Numbered from the stretch's first letter, positions 11,035 through 24,694 are shown. The stretch: 64,000 bases of DNA from Ramazzottius varieornatus (GCA_001949185.1 BDGG01000008.1:744001-808000), one strand, 5' to 3'. Numbers and translations are program-made. The notes: generated from the sequence alone by a model not told the origin.

Positions 11035-12451
11035 AGCGGACCTTCAAGATCCACAGCAAAACTGGGGATCATATCATACGTCCTGGAGTAAGATAGCCAA
11101 GAGAACAGAATTGGTCGAAAGGTGCCCGAAATCGTCAGGGACAATAGGGTTCGCGACTGGGTTCTCCGAATGGATGGTGTACGTGAACGGTAGGTCAACG
11201 TTAGTTTGTCTCTTCGCCCACACCTTGAACAATAATATGTGTCTGTGAGGCATTGGGTGTCGTCCGCGTTCTTTGCCCACCTGGTATACAGCTCTTTACA
11301 AAGGGTGGCGAGTTACTGTAGTGTGAAATGGAGATTTACGGCGAGTTTGATATTATAAGCTTGAGCAATCAGAGCAAGCCAGCAGTCGACCGCCAAAACT
11401 AGAGACCATGCAGCAAACCGGTATGATACAGTAGCGTGATGGTCTCAACATTCACCTTCTTTTCATTTCCATCTATCCGGAAGAAATATATCGCAATTGC
11501 AAATCATAGGAAAGATATCTTCTCGGATCTTTGATCTTCACCTACCGGTCTTCTCAGGTTTGTCAAGGGACTCGGGCTTCGGAAGGAAAGGCTCGCTATG
11601 ATATGAATTTCAAAACAGATTCAGTGACAATCTCTAAGTCAGTCACAAGTAGAGCGTGAATTTAAGACTGGCAGGTGGGCGAAAGAAAGTGATGAGACGG
11701 GAAGTAGGCTATGACTGTTCATCAGCGACCACCATACTGCGGTCGAGCTCACACACCTAGGACCAGGAAAAATATCAAGCGGTTTTATTCACGACCTGGG
11801 TTTCTCCCCCTTTTTGCGTAGTTTTCGTACAAGTCTATTCCGAATTGACTCCAGACCTTCTGTGACTTTTTACTGGGCGATCCTTGGTTGCACTTTAGAT
11901 AGAGCACCGAGTCTCGGCTTTTGGTCTGGCGTGCAGGAACACCTGGTTGCCTTGACGTTCCTTCTTGGTACACCTAGAAATTAATTTCCGGCTTACAAGA
12001 TAAGAATGCAGCGTAGCCGACATCCGCTTGGGATAGTTAGGCAACATGAAGCGTGTCTTATCGTGGCAGCAGAGGATCGGTTTGAAGGTGAAGGTGACCG
12101 ATCATCCAGTTTCTGGACAGCGTCATTTTACAATTGCTTCTGGAATTAACGGATGGAGTAGCCAGTCAAACGCAGCCTAGTTCCAGGATCAAAAAGCGAG
12201 TTAAGGCGGCGAAATTTAATTGGTAATTGAAGTACGCTTTGGAGGAACCTTTCTTCGCGCAGCTGGTTCGCACCCATTCAGATTCAGCGGGCTGATCGCT
12301 CTACAACCGTCGATTCAACGTCAACGCCATCCGAATGGTATAAAAACTGAATAATATTCCCGTCGAATTCAACCTGTGTCAGCTTTGTAGTTCGAAACGC
12401 CTGGTTTTACTCTCCGCAGCATTTAGGTCATCGAGGCGAAGTTCGTGCAGG

Positions 12452-13530
12452 ATGACCGATCCATCGTATAACCAGACTTCGTCAGCCTTCAACTTCAGTA
12501 ACGCCAATTCTTCCTTTGCGAACCGAACAACAGCATCTTTTCTCGAAACCGCCTTCGCTCAATATTACATTGCTTGAAGACTGTTAGTGCTCTTCCTCAA
12601 CGCTACCCCAGTGTACCTCTATGTTCGGCATCAGTCAGCGCGCACTTCTTTTATTGCTTACGTTGTCAGCTTGTCTTTGGTCGATCTAAGCTGATATTTA
12701 TAGCATTCCCAATGAGTTTACTAGAGCAGTGGCAAGGATCTGGAGCAGTCCAGTTGAAACTATTCTGCCAGATTGACCGAGTTATGGGTACTTCGTTTAC
12801 CGGCTGGGTTTATAACTGTCACTTCCTCATTGCAATAGATCGTTTCTGTGCTGTTTTCTTCCCTATTTCCGACAGAAGCTACCACTGACCAAATTCGCCG
12901 ATGAGACCATGTATTTTGGTACACGCAGCGGTAGCGTTGTCAAACCTTCCCAACTTCATTTGTGATGTGACGTCAGGAACCCATCTCGAAGACGGCGCCA
13001 GATGACCGAACACGCCCAACGGGTTCGTTGTTTGGCGTTGTAAACTCTAAACGTCTAAACTCGAAGGACCTAGCGCAGCTCCTTCCCTTCACCGCCTGTG
13101 TGGTCACGCACCTCGTTCTCTGCTGTCGAGTCATCCACTGCCATAGTACAATAAAAATTGGGACGATGCCTACAATGAGAAAGGCCCCGTCGACCGGGTG
13201 TTTTTCTGCGGTTTTTCTGCGGCATACCCCATCTGCAGGCTTCTCTGAAAACTCGGAGCGTATCAAGAAAGGTATGTTTCTGACTATCTCAATGCTAGTG
13301 CTGGATATTGTGTAACATGATTACCCGTCCACATGCTGACCATTACTGTTCTTCACAAGCTTCCGCAGCGCAACTTTGCCGCAATCAGGGTCCTGAGCTC
13401 TCTGTACCCTATTCTCGATCTCATTGTGTTGCTGGCGAGTGTGAAACAACGAAGAAAACCTCGTCTGTCTCACCTCTGGCGAGCCCGTTCACTGTCGAGA
13501 AAGACGACCGTTGATGTTGTTATTCAGTAG
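12452..13530 (+). pseudogene. Intronless rhodopsin-like (class A) GPCR pseudogene
   Basis: N-terminus with several N-x-S/T sites (MTDPSYNQTSSAFNFSNANSS); TM1-like LLVLFLN; TM2 SLSLVD; TM3 FCQ...LIAIDRFCAVFFPI; TM7 LYPILDLIVLL. Multiple stops and frameshifts; TATAAAA near 12339. Confidence 0.75.
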
Positions 13531-13788
13531 CAAGCTTGCACGACATCCTGGCCACGTAATTATACTGTATTCACCCCTCTTCTATAAAAAAAATGATGAA
13601 AAACTTCACCAACCGTGAATTCTGCGACAGATTTAAATTAATAGCTATCATGTAAGTCTTGCAACCGGATTACCAACTTTGTCCTCGACCAACAGGGTTT
13701 CCATAGAAAGACCTGTAGCGCCTACAAGAGCCAGTAGGCTAGGGAGAAAATAGGTGAACTTTCAAGCTTGCTCGGACAGTTACGTATA

Positions 13789-15291
13789 ATGAACATCTGT
13801 TCTCGTTTCGATACTGCCAGCAGTTTTGAACCAGATCTTCGAGACGAAGCAATTCGTAAAGCTACTTCCGCCTATCCGTTTCTTCCGAACCACACACCCG
13901 AAGAGCTTAGACCCTGGCGACAACTTGTCCATTCATACAATGCTAGCTGGACAGTACACCAGGGCGAGGAATCAGTAATACTTAACATTTATGGGGACGA
14001 AGAACAGAATGCTCGTATCGTACCGGAAAGACCTTACCGAGGACATGGCCCGATTACGTCATCCGGCGGAAGTCCCTTGGTGAATCGGACATCGTGGTAC
14101 GTCGAACTTGATCTCATAGGTAAGCAACAGGTGGAAAAAATCTTGAACATATAACAAAGACCTGAATCAAAATGAGGTAGTTTGAATCAGAAAGTGGAGA
14201 CGTACACTGCGATGGCTGCCAGTACGAAGATGATATCTCTGAAAACCCAAGGTTCCATCTGCGCTGCAGCTTGGCCCACACCGACTCCCACATTCAGGTC
14301 AAGGATTTCAAGGTAACCACCATGGATGACGCTTGGAGTATGGACTATGGCGAACAAGATATGAAGTTAGTTTCTACTGGACCGGAAACACTTGACTCAT
14401 ACTATGTAAGCGAAAACTGAAAGCTTCCGGATGGTCACCATTTGAATATCAAAAGTTTATCCACTCCTCCACTACGATTTCTTTAATTTCCAGACGATGA
14501 ACACCAGCAGCGCCGGAAAAAGCAAAGTGGTCGTATGTTTACCGAAACAAACCTGGATGGAGCATCCTATCTTCCAGAAGGAGACCGGTTTCCGGGTCGA
14601 GATCCTTGTTCAGCCTGCCATAAAAGAGATCGACATGACAAGGATAACTCTACGAGAGCAACAGAAATTCTCAGATCCTCAAACCTACCTGGGAATACAG
14701 ATGCTGGTGGAACGATACCGACATCTCTTCCGGGATCCGGAATTCGGCAACTTTAGTCTGATACTCTCCGATGGGACCACTTTACGATGTGACAAGAAGA
14801 TCCTCTCCCTTTCTTCCGATTACTTCCAGGCTATGCTCAAACACAATACCCGTGAGACCGCTCAAAACGAAGCTCCCATCCAGAAGTTCTCCACTGAAGC
14901 TGTGACCGAGTTTCTTATCTACGCCCACACCGGTGAATGTCTTAACCTCGGAAACCATGCGGAGGAAGTTCTAGAAATGACAGACATGTACCAAATAAAG
15001 AGCCTCAAAGACAAAGCCGAACTTGCTTTGATAAAAAGAATCTCGAAAACCAACTGTATGAAAATGTTGGCTCTGTCTTTTACTTATGGATGTCGAAGAT
15101 TAGCCGCTCCTTCCTACATCATGTATACAGCTTTCGCGTACGAGTTATCAAAGACAGACGAAATATATTATGATTTCAACTGTAAATATATTCAAGAGTT
15201 GGCTATACTTCACTTTTTCTGGTTTGTTCCTAATTTTGGAAACGTACCTTTGAGAAGCCCCAGTGTACAAAAGAAAATAAAATCACACTAG
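13789..15291 (+). CDS. SPOP-like BTB/POZ(-BACK) protein with divergent MATH-like N-terminus, 3+ exons
   Basis: Exons ~13789-14119, ~14191-14405 and 14494-15291 join in frame at GTAAG/AG sites. BTB motif GNFSLILSDGTTLRCDKKILSLSSDYFQAML...FLIYAHTG...EMTDMYQIKSLKDKAE. The start codon is uncertain. Confidence 0.78.
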
Positions 15292-17616
15292 AGAGAAGCT
15301 CTCCGCATTATCTGACGTTTCAACGGGTCACAAGCATTGACAAAGTTCAGTCCAGCACTGCGGAGAGTGACTGCTGGGCTCCACGAAGTGGAGTACAGAC
15401 GGTTTAAACCGTCTACTGCTGCCATGATTGGGACAACTCGACGCTGAGCATCTCTTTCGTAATCTAGAAGGTATCGTAATGACCCAATGTCTTCGCCGTT
15501 GTGCGCTGCTTCTTGAATCACTCGACGTAGCACAGCGACATCGCTGAAACCCAAGTTTACACCGAGGCCAGCTAACGGATGAATGCGATGTGCAGAGTCT
15601 CTATAAGGAGAAAACCCACAGTTCAGGTATGGTAAAACTTGGGTTTTCTCATCCTAGAGTTTTCTTTTGACTGGTGGAATTCATTTCGCTCTTTTCTTAA
15701 CCAAAAGTCAAACGAGAATTCGATGACTCATTTTGGATTGTCGGTACACGTATGATAGACTAACTTACCCTATCAACGCTACTCGAGGAGCCACGTATTG
15801 GGTTGCATGCCCCAGTCCTAATGGAAATGCCGCTCTGCTTCCTTGGTCGATTCCGGTCAAAGTTGGCGGGATCTGTCTGGTCAAAGTGATGGCTATAAAC
15901 AAAACGTTTCGGTTGCGGGAGCTTCTGCTGCTTACTTTCTTGCCACGAGTATCCCCAAGCCGGCATCGCGCTACTTACATGGCCGTAAATATGTGAAGAA
16001 GTTCTCCAACGTTTTCAAAGCAGCCTGTGCGGCACCGTTCTTACCGCTGTCGTCCCACTAAAAATATACAGAAAACGATGCAATAACTTAGCCTCATCAT
16101 GGTGTTTGGTGAGCTAACGGCTACACTTCTATCAAGTGTCCTTCATACGTACCATGGCAAAGTTGACCGCGTCGAGAAATTCCTCATCCGATAGACGCAT
16201 GAGACGATTCGCTTCGTCGGACGACGTGGACCAAACTAAGGACGACTTCGTTTCGTTCAACTGAAAAAAACTCGGGAAGATTTAAACTCGCTCAAGTGTC
16301 AAGGACTGAACATCGAAAAAAGTATTAATACCAACCGGCAAGATGGCAATTGGACCAGTCGATGTAAAGCGCTGCCAGCCGACAGCGTTCTCCTGGGCCT
16401 GTGAGCAACAGGTCGATAACAAACCGAGTAGACAACGAGCATTAAAACTGTCAGAGAGTATCAGAATATCAGCAAAGAAGTTATCTCGAACGTTCGACCA
16501 ATACCTCAGAAAGATGTAAGGTTGCGACCACGCCCTTTTGATCATAGTTCCACGACAGATATTTTACCCCCATTGCTTTTCTTACAGCCGAGTTGAAGCC
16601 GTCTGCACCAATCTGGAATGACAGGCACAGCAGTGTTACCAAGCAGGATAAAGTACCCATACCTCAAACAAAAGTACCTACTAGCAGTCGCGACTCGATT
16701 TTCTCGCCCGTTGACAAAGTAAGCTTCACAAGATCGTCTGGATCTGGCTCGTTGGTTTCCTCCTCCAAACCTGATGCAGCATCTGCTGGACCCGAAGCAC
16801 TCGAGTCTCTGCTTCTCGACCGCGAGGGAATCGTGTATTTTGCGGTACCATGGTAGACATCCACACTGTCCAGCTGTCCAAGTCTTGTCCAGAGAGAAGC
16901 GGACAGAACTTCATCCTCCACCACGTACGAGACGTTCTTTGCCAGACCGTCATTTTGGAAGACGATCAACGCATCCGTGGCTGACTCCCACACCTACAGT
17001 GAACGGACCAGTTAAATGACGGCTACGGCAGAACCAGTGCGTCAGCCCCGCTCGATACGAAACTGTGGTAGCATGTAGATGCTCTATACGTTATCTTCGA
17101 ACACCGGCAAATGTAATTTACCAACGCCTACTTGCAGTCTTTTCACTGGTCGATATCGGAACTTCTGCACAATTTTCCACACGTTCAGTTCTGTAAAGAA
17201 GACACCAAATTTGTTCAACGGAAAAGACGAACCGGAAGTATGGTACAGTACCTTCTAAGAGTTTCTTCGTGCCCGGCGCAACGGAATATACGCGGTTGCT
17301 GAACTTTTCCGGAGCTGTGGTCCATGGCTTACTTTCCCGAGGCTCAATGACCAACACTCGCGATGTATTCAGAGTTGGAGTGGATGCTGTACAAAAGAGA
17401 AGAGAGCAGTTCAGAGATACTACCGATCTGACGCCAATCATTCTATCGATACCAAGCTTCGAACGCTGCGGGAAATGCTTACGTACCTATGGCGCACGCA
17501 GCACATGCACCCACCAATCCGCCGCCGATGACTACGACATCGTAGGTTGATCCGTTCTGGGGACGCGTATGCAGCATCCGTCGAAGATGAATAGGTCTGA
17601 TTCTGTGGAGCAACAT
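15288..17616 (-). CDS. COQ6: Ubiquinone biosynthesis monooxygenase COQ6, multi-exon
   Basis: Mitochondrial presequence MLLHRIRP; [90 protein letters not shown]. Confidence 0.95.
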
Positions 17617-18087
17617 TTTCGAACTTGCGAGGAAATTGTTCAGAATGACAGCGACGACACAAAACCACAACAAACGCACGAACATGAGATTGCGATTTGG
17701 GAAGGCTGTGTGCTAAGCGGCCACTGACAAACATGCACCGCTTCGCATTGTATCGCATTGGATCGGAAATATCGTTACCGTTTTCGATTGATTTGCTTTG
17801 ATTGGTTACGTCTCGCCAAGCCAAGCGGTAAAATATATGCGAGGCGGCTGCCGTATCGTAACGGTACGTGAGAATTCCGTGTCCGCCAGAAAAGTTTTTC
17901 TTCTTCGACCCCAGTTTAGAGTTTTAGTCCTTCAGAACTTTGTCCCAGATCCTTCAAACTCATAACTTATTCGTACAATTCCACGTCCATTCTCCGTGAT
18001 CCTGGTGCCAAAGTAAGTTATGGTTCTGGGATTGATTCTGTGTATGAAGGCTCATGTCAGCTGTTCTTTCAGATTTCCGGATTCGAG

Positions 18088-19111
18088 ATGGGTAACGCCA
18101 AAGAGCTCAAAGCCATGATCGCGTCGGCCAACGAGAATCAAGCCCCGTCGTCGGTGAAGGATCTGGTCTTGGACGAGGCGCAGGCTGAGGACCTCTCAGA
18201 CATTACGGAGCTCTTGGCGGCGCATACTGCTTTACAGAGCCTCAGCCTCGATTCGGTGAGTCTGATATCCATCATTGCGCCATCGTACGAGTATGATCCG
18301 CAAGTTTGTTGATTGATTGTAGGTCGGTTTGACATCTCTTCGCGGATTGCCCTCGTTGCCCAACTTGAAGAAGCTTTCAGTCGGAAACAACAAGATTGCT
18401 GAGGGCCTGGAATTGCTGGCTAAACAGTGTCCCAAGTTGGAGACCTTGAACTTGGCGAACAACCAGACAATCAAGAGCATGGACGAACTTTCTTCGTTGA
18501 AACAGCTGACTCATCTGACAAGCCTCGATCTGGAAGGTTGTGAACTGACTAAGGACGACCAGAACTTGGAAAAACTCCGAAAGTTCTTGCCGCAGGTGAA
18601 GAATCTGAATAAGAAAGAGAATGAAAAGGATGATAATGATGACGAGGAAGAAGATGAAGACGACGACGACGAAGAAGATGATGAAAGCGAAGATGAGGAC
18701 GTACGTTGAAGCCATTCGTGAGCATGAAAGTTTTGATCGCTCAATGGGTGTGCTTTTCTAGGGTGGGTCAAAGCTGAAAAAACTACTCCACGATATTAAC
18801 GAAGGTACGCGAATATGTTTTGTCCAGGTTTTGCTGTTGGATCGGACCGTCTAGATTTTTGGATGGATTTTTGTTTGATGTTGCCGATGAGAGCACACTA
18901 GTGTTTTGCGCAAGTGAGTTTTGGTCTTTTGTTAGACGAGGATGACGACGACGATTTTCAAGAGGAGGAAGACGAGGAAGACGAGGAAGACGAGGACGAG
19001 TCCGATGAGGACGACGATATCGATGACGAGGAGGAAAGGCCGCAGAAAGGATCGGATCTGAAGGGAACCAAACGAAAGCGCCCCACCGAGGAGGATGAGG
19101 ACGATGACTAA
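18088..19111 (+). CDS. ANP32A: Acidic leucine-rich nuclear phosphoprotein 32 family protein
   Basis: LRRs (VKDLVLDE, LTSLRGLPSLPNLKKLSVGNNKI, LAKQCPKLETLNLANN, LTSLDLEGC), long D/E tail and C-terminal KRKR NLS; 4 coding exons. Confidence 0.92.
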
Positions 19112-19667
19112 ACTCACTGCCCATTCTCCTGTACTACCTTATTACCTAAACTGCCTTTATACATACAACTATTTTGAAGTATTCTTCTTTGAGACTCGTT
19201 TGTGATCTGTGCTACGTGCAGACTATTCCCAGCGAGCATACCATCTTTGAGCATTTTCTTCGCTTCTCAATTTTTTGGGTCGACCGACGGATCACTCATT
19301 TCGAACAACAGATCTCCTTTTGTCTTTTAGTTTCCACATTTGAACGGGTCGCACCGTTTTTTGACTCCGCTTGACAGAAAATCTGCTTTAGCACTTGAAA
19401 TTTTGACAGCTGTCTGCCGGGAACTTATCCACCTTCCGCCGTTTGACCACAGACAGAAAGGAATGTCTCCACCTCCCGGTGTCGTTCCGTCCTTCCGCTC
19501 CGTTACCCGCGCATACATTCTTGAAAGCCAAAACTTATCCGGTGGTAGCATTAGGCAATACGATTTGATTATTCGAGGCTTAAACTTGCACCAAAGCTTT
19601 GAGGCTTGCAGTTGCAGCTTTCCTTTCTCCATTACAAATACAAGCTGTGAAGGGAAAAAACAAAAAC

Positions 19668-19739
19668 GGGGCCAGCGGGGAATTGAACCCCGGACCACCT
19701 GCACCCAAAGCAGGTATCATACCCCTAGACTACTGACCC
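19668..19739 (-). tRNA. tRNA-Pro (anticodon TGG)
   Basis: GGGTCAGTAGTCTAGGGGTATGATACCTGCTTTGGGTGCAGGTGGTCCGGGGTTCAATTCCCCGCTGGCCCC. Acceptor, anticodon (CCTGC/GCAGG) and T (CGGGG/CCCCG, TTC) stems are complete, followed by a TTTTT Pol III terminator. Confidence 0.93.
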
Positions 19740-20365
19740 TTCACGCTTGGAGTAAATTTGGTCGTTGTAAGCTAGAAATCATCGTCTTCGAAAGAGCAAC
19801 AAACCGCGTCCACTCATCCCAATTCTCTGCGATATAATAGAGATTGAGTTGCCACTCCCGTTCACTTTGCAACTGTAGCTACGGCCTTGCTCCGCCCCTT
19901 TCGTGACGTTTAACTACATTTTGCTTTCCGGAGTTCCCCTTATTTTCGAAAAATGGCGTAATCGGAGTTACGGTTGGCTAGCATTGGGAAGCATGGTGGC
20001 TGCCCAACTATTCAAAGTTCTGATTAGCTGTTGCGCTTATGAGTGACGTTGCAACTCATCTTAGCTACAGTGGGACTTTCATCTGGCGGTGGAAACTTAA
20101 TGTCTGTAATTGTTGTACTGCTGAAACTACCGTACAGTAAACACGGACCCACGTTTCCGTAAAATCGTTGAGGAATGATGAATTCTTTATCATTCAACTG
20201 AAAAATTCTTCAAGTCTCATGATTTGCTAAACCCGCCGCGTAAAGTACTTCATGTAGTCATAGTAATTTTTCGGAACAATGGTTGGCGTCAGGTCCATCG
20301 GAGAACCTACTGTCATATCGTAACTTCGTTAATTATTTCACACAGCAAAACCCAATTAATCCATT

Positions 20366-22185
20366 ATGCCTCGAACTATCACGGCGCCGTTGGACAAGAA
20401 GAAGGACCTTTATCGGATATTAAACCGTGATCAATGCCGAGACCTGCGGTGCGCAGCCCTTAGACCATGCTGTTTTGTAATCGTTACGTGAAAGCTGACA
20501 ACCGCTTGCTGCTGCAGGGTACGAAGAGACAACCTAGATCCCGTCGGTGAACTGACCGAGGATGAATGGCGGACCATCAAGACCCTGGCGGACACGAGCG
20601 ACATCCGGCAAAGACGCGAAGAAGAAAAGACCAAAAACGAAGAACGCCAGCAGATGGAAGACAATTATATACGCCGGAAGTCGGAGTTTGAGCGGATAGA
20701 AGCCGAACAAGACTACGACCCTATCGAAGACGAAGTTAAGCGAGAGAAAGCGGAAGTCTCCAGAGAACTCAGGTCCCAAGTCGAGCTGGAAACACTCGAA
20801 AACGACGACGTCGTGCGATACTTTAACGATGTAAGCTTCTCCATTTCGTGATCACAGTTCTGGAAAAAAAGCACGATAGAGCTTATGGTAAAAAAATAAT
20901 TTACAGGAATTTGGCGATATTTCAGAGTCTTAATGGTGCTCTTGTTCGCGCAGTTCGAGACCGTCAGGTGCTCAAGAAGGAGCAAACGAAACAGCTAGCC
21001 GAACAAGAAGAGTTTCGAGTGGACAACGCTTGCCAGAAAGACTCGAACCTGGGCTTCGCGATCGGGCAGCAGTTGGAAGACCATCGCAAGGACGAGGATG
21101 TCAGGTACGGTGCTCTGTTACGGGACCAGTTACGCTGCAAAGAGGAAGAGCGTATGATAACGAGAGATACCGAGAACGCGGAAGGACGAAGAGCTCTACA
21201 ATACGCGCGACGTCTCCAACAGGAAGAAGCCGAACAAGAAGTGCGGTTGAAGAAAGAAAAGAAGGAGATTACAAAAACTTTGCTGGCCGAGAACGACAAG
21301 GCGCTGTCTTACAAGAAAGAACGACGAATGCACGAGTTGCGCATGGATTATGCGCGGGCTCAGGTGAACAAGCAGAAGATGGCCGACGAGGATAGAAAAT
21401 TAATGGAGAAGAAAATGGAGAAGAAACGGAAGGACATCCAATATGCGGAGGAACTCTCGCGACAAAAACGCTCGACGGACCTGAAAGCCGTCGAAGACGA
21501 GAAAAGAGCCCAACGCGCCATCTTCCAGTCGGATCGCGACTGGAGACTGAAAGAGACAGCAAAAGCTATCAGACAAGTTCGAGAAACCGAAGAGCTTAAA
21601 AAGATTATCGACTATCAGAAGGAACTGAAGCTACGAAAGAACGCATTTGATCTTGAAGAAGACCGGCAGACCTTCAATCAGACTCAAAAGTATCCTTCGC
21701 TTTATCGCGTTCAAAAATTTCAAGCTGATGAAAAGCGTTTCTGAAATTTTCAGGCAACTTGTGGCGGAAGCCACCAAAGCAGAAACGGAGAAGAAGGTCT
21801 TACTGAATCGAAGAAGAGCCGATGCCGATGAGCTCAGAAAGCAAATCGTTCAACGTGAGAAAGAGCGCTGGGGTAAGGTTCAGGCCGACTGGGAAGTTGG
21901 AAGGAAACTCCGGCAGGAGATGAAAGCACACGATATGAAAGTCCAGTCCTACATGAACCAGAAAATGAGTCAGGCAGAGTGAGTGCACTGTACACGATGT
22001 CTACATCAACATCGGATGGAATTTGATCTCGGATATTTTACAGAGCCGCCAACATACCGCATAGCTATATGGTGGACGTTCTGAGGCACATGACCGTCAA
22101 CGGATATCTGCCTAAACCAGAGAGCCCCTTCCAGCACCTGCGTAACCGAGACCAAGTTACTAAACTCATACGACACTTCAGTTAA
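20366..22185 (+). CDS. CFAP45: Cilia- and flagella-associated protein 45-like (trichohyalin-plectin-homology coiled coil)
   Basis: Long E/K/R/Q coiled coil; ENDDVVRYFND|SLNGALVRAVRDRQVLKK resembles the CFAP45 E.D.IK.LN..IL.AK..AIRD.Q..EK motif; DEKRAQRA...DRDWRLKE; about 5 exons. Confidence 0.78.
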
Positions 22186-22244
22186 GAAACTCTACTGAAA
22201 AGCCAAGAGTTACATCACCTTTTAGGACGCCGGTTTTCAAGGGT

Positions 22245-23867
22245 TTATACGAAACTCGACCCGACGAAAAAGGTTCTTCCTTCTTCGACGAATGACTTTG
22301 CGAACTTCTGGATCATCTTATCGACTGTCTGTCCTTCCGTAACAATGTCTCTACAACAAGAATGTTTAACACACAGTCAGGTCCATCGTCAGACTCAAGT
22401 GACTCACTCAATGTATGGAACTAGTTCATCTCTTGCCCACTGCGAACGTTCCTTAAACAGCAGCATGAACCTGGGAAAATAACAGCAAACCTTCCTTGCA
22501 CATCTGGCTAGTGTTACGGAGTACATGATACCTCGTTTCTGCGACGGTCGGTAGATCGTCCTTAGGAAAGTAGCAATAGGACGGCGTCACGTCATGATAA
22601 TCGTTGTAGGCGATTCCACCCAGAAGCTTCTCGTCGAACTCAATATCGAAAGGTATGGCGCTCTGCCACCAACGCACCAGTTCATCACAATAGATCTACC
22701 AGCAGAAAGAAGACTGTTAGACAGTGCAGTGTGCGAAAACTGTACGAGTTACAGTTCAGAAATTAGTGGCTAACCTTAGCACCGGTTCGAAGAAAAGCGG
22801 AGACTATTGCGCGAGCGATGGCTTCCCGGTTCAGCTGGCAGGTATTGAAAGGACCAGCACTTTGAAGAGCGAACCGCGGCCAGAAGAAGTTCTTCATCAC
22901 TTCGGCGGGTTCTAAGTCCGCCAAAGCAACTTCCGCCTCTGTTAACGGGATGTTGTCCCACGTGAGCGAGTTGTACTGCAGCCAAGTGACGATTTGCTGT
23001 ATTAAGCGGACCACATACTCATGTGTTAGAATCCGCCAAAATCCTGTAAGAGAGTCCGCATTCGCCAAACCACATCGAGAAAGCCCGAGTTGGTTCGTTA
23101 CCGTTGATTTCACACGCATATATAATATTCTGAAGGTAATGCAGCAATTCCGCTTGGCTACTCTGAACGCTGCTTTGTAGTTCCCCAAAAGAGTACTACG
23201 AAGTACGAACACACGGATAATTCTGAACCGCTTTTGCCATGTTCTGATGAAACTGACAGGTATCGTACCTTTTTCTCAGTCTCCACTGCGATCTCGTACT
23301 CGGCCCCCTGGAAGGGAGCGGATTCCATAAGATGCTTCACCCTGTTCCATCGGGGTGTTAACTGCCGTAGTTCCAGAAAGTAGTGTTGCATCCCGTCGAC
23401 CTGAAACAAATTCAGCGTCAAACAAATTTCTACATGAAGAACCACTAACAGGTCTACAATACTGCGGTTCGTGACCACTGTGTCAGCGCCACCGCAGCTT
23501 ACCTGACATTCAGCTGCTTCGTTGTCCACTTCAGCGCTTTCAAAGTTCGAGCAAAGAAGCATCGTGTTCGAAGATTCCCTCAGCTTCATTTCATAAGTGT
23601 TTGTGTCGGAGCAGAGCACCGCGAAATCTTCGGAGGCTCCTCGAACGAACAACCTGAAGAATTTACACAGAACAAACTCAACGAAGCTATCATACCACAT
23701 AGCACAATGGGTAGCTCGGACACTCACAATCTTGCCTACCTTACATCACCACTCTCACTTTTATCGAACATATCCTCCGTAAGCTCCAGCACAACAAAGT
23801 TGTCCGAGCTGTAATCTTTAGCGAAACTCAGCTTGTGAAAAACTGCTGGTGGGTCGGCAGCAGCCAT
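22245..23867 (-). CDS. DSCC1: Sister chromatid cohesion protein DCC1
   Basis: FVVLELTE, FVRGASEDFAVLCSDTNTYEMKLRESSNTMLLC, FLELRQLTPRWNRVKHLM, WWQSAIP, DDLP...RYHVL; multi-exon. Confidence 0.92.
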
Positions 23868-24694
23868 CTTCGTCGAAAAACGTGAGAGCAGCAGCAGCAG
23901 AGCGCGAGAAAGTCTTTGTCTCCCAATTAGGTTTCGCCTCAAATTGCAGATCTTGGCTTGTGGAATATCAGGATTCAGGAATGAATGTAGATATTTTCCA
24001 ACATCAAAGCTGTAGTCGGAACTCAAGATCCCAGTATCTAATACTATAAGCTGCGAGCTCGGTGCGAGCGATATCTGGAAGGAGGATTGAAAGAAAAAAA
24101 CTGGAAATTTGAAGGTCATTAGGGCGAGATTTTGGCGGTCATACCCCAGAGCGTCTTAGGGCCAAACCCCCTCAGCGGGTGGGACGGATTCCGCTTCGAC
24201 CATGACTTGATCGAGTAACAAAGTTTGATTGACGGAAACCAAACGAACTCAATTGCCACTTGCTGCGTTAATGTAATGCATTTGCATTCCCCTTCCAGGT
24301 CTTCCTCTGAATCTTCTCCGTTTGCAGAGTTTCTTCCATCTTTTGACAACCTGTTTTCCAGAATTCAAACTACCTCAGAAAGACCATCCCGCTGCCTCGT
24401 CAGGCGAACGGAGGCTTCTTAAGCAGACGCCCTTGCGTCGGAACGGCTAGGCACTTCCGGTTGATTAGCTGTCTTAGCTGAGACCGTTACAGTTCGTCTT
24501 GTTCTTAATTCTTGAATTCTACCATCTTCCCATTGCCTCTTCCCGTCAGTCTTCGTATGCAGACAGAACAGTGCGATCGACCTGAAGAGTAGTTCGGTGA
24601 GTAGTTCGGTACCTCTTAGCAAGTCTACGTTCTGCGCAATGGGAGATATTCTTTGCAGGTGCTTTCTTGGTCATTTCCGGTGCATATACGTGCC

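Noticed and set aside
18377-19124. Poly-Ser, hydrophobic and Arg/Pro-rich antisense ORFs
   Set aside because: Shadows of the GAY/GAR codon runs in the ANP32 acidic tail.
19327-19837. 165-aa (+) and 125-aa (-) ORFs
   Set aside because: They overlap the tRNA-Pro gene and the ANP32 3' region, lack ATG starts and have no protein-like features.
19872-20071. Possible MITE bounded by ACTGTAGCTA / TAGCTACAGT
   Set aside because: Only a 10-bp inverted match, with no TSD and no second copy in the window.
24119-24622. Small gene between DSCC1 and MRPL41
   Set aside because: No consistent spliced frame; the region looks like a bidirectional promoter (ACTTCCGG near 24453) with UTR sequence.
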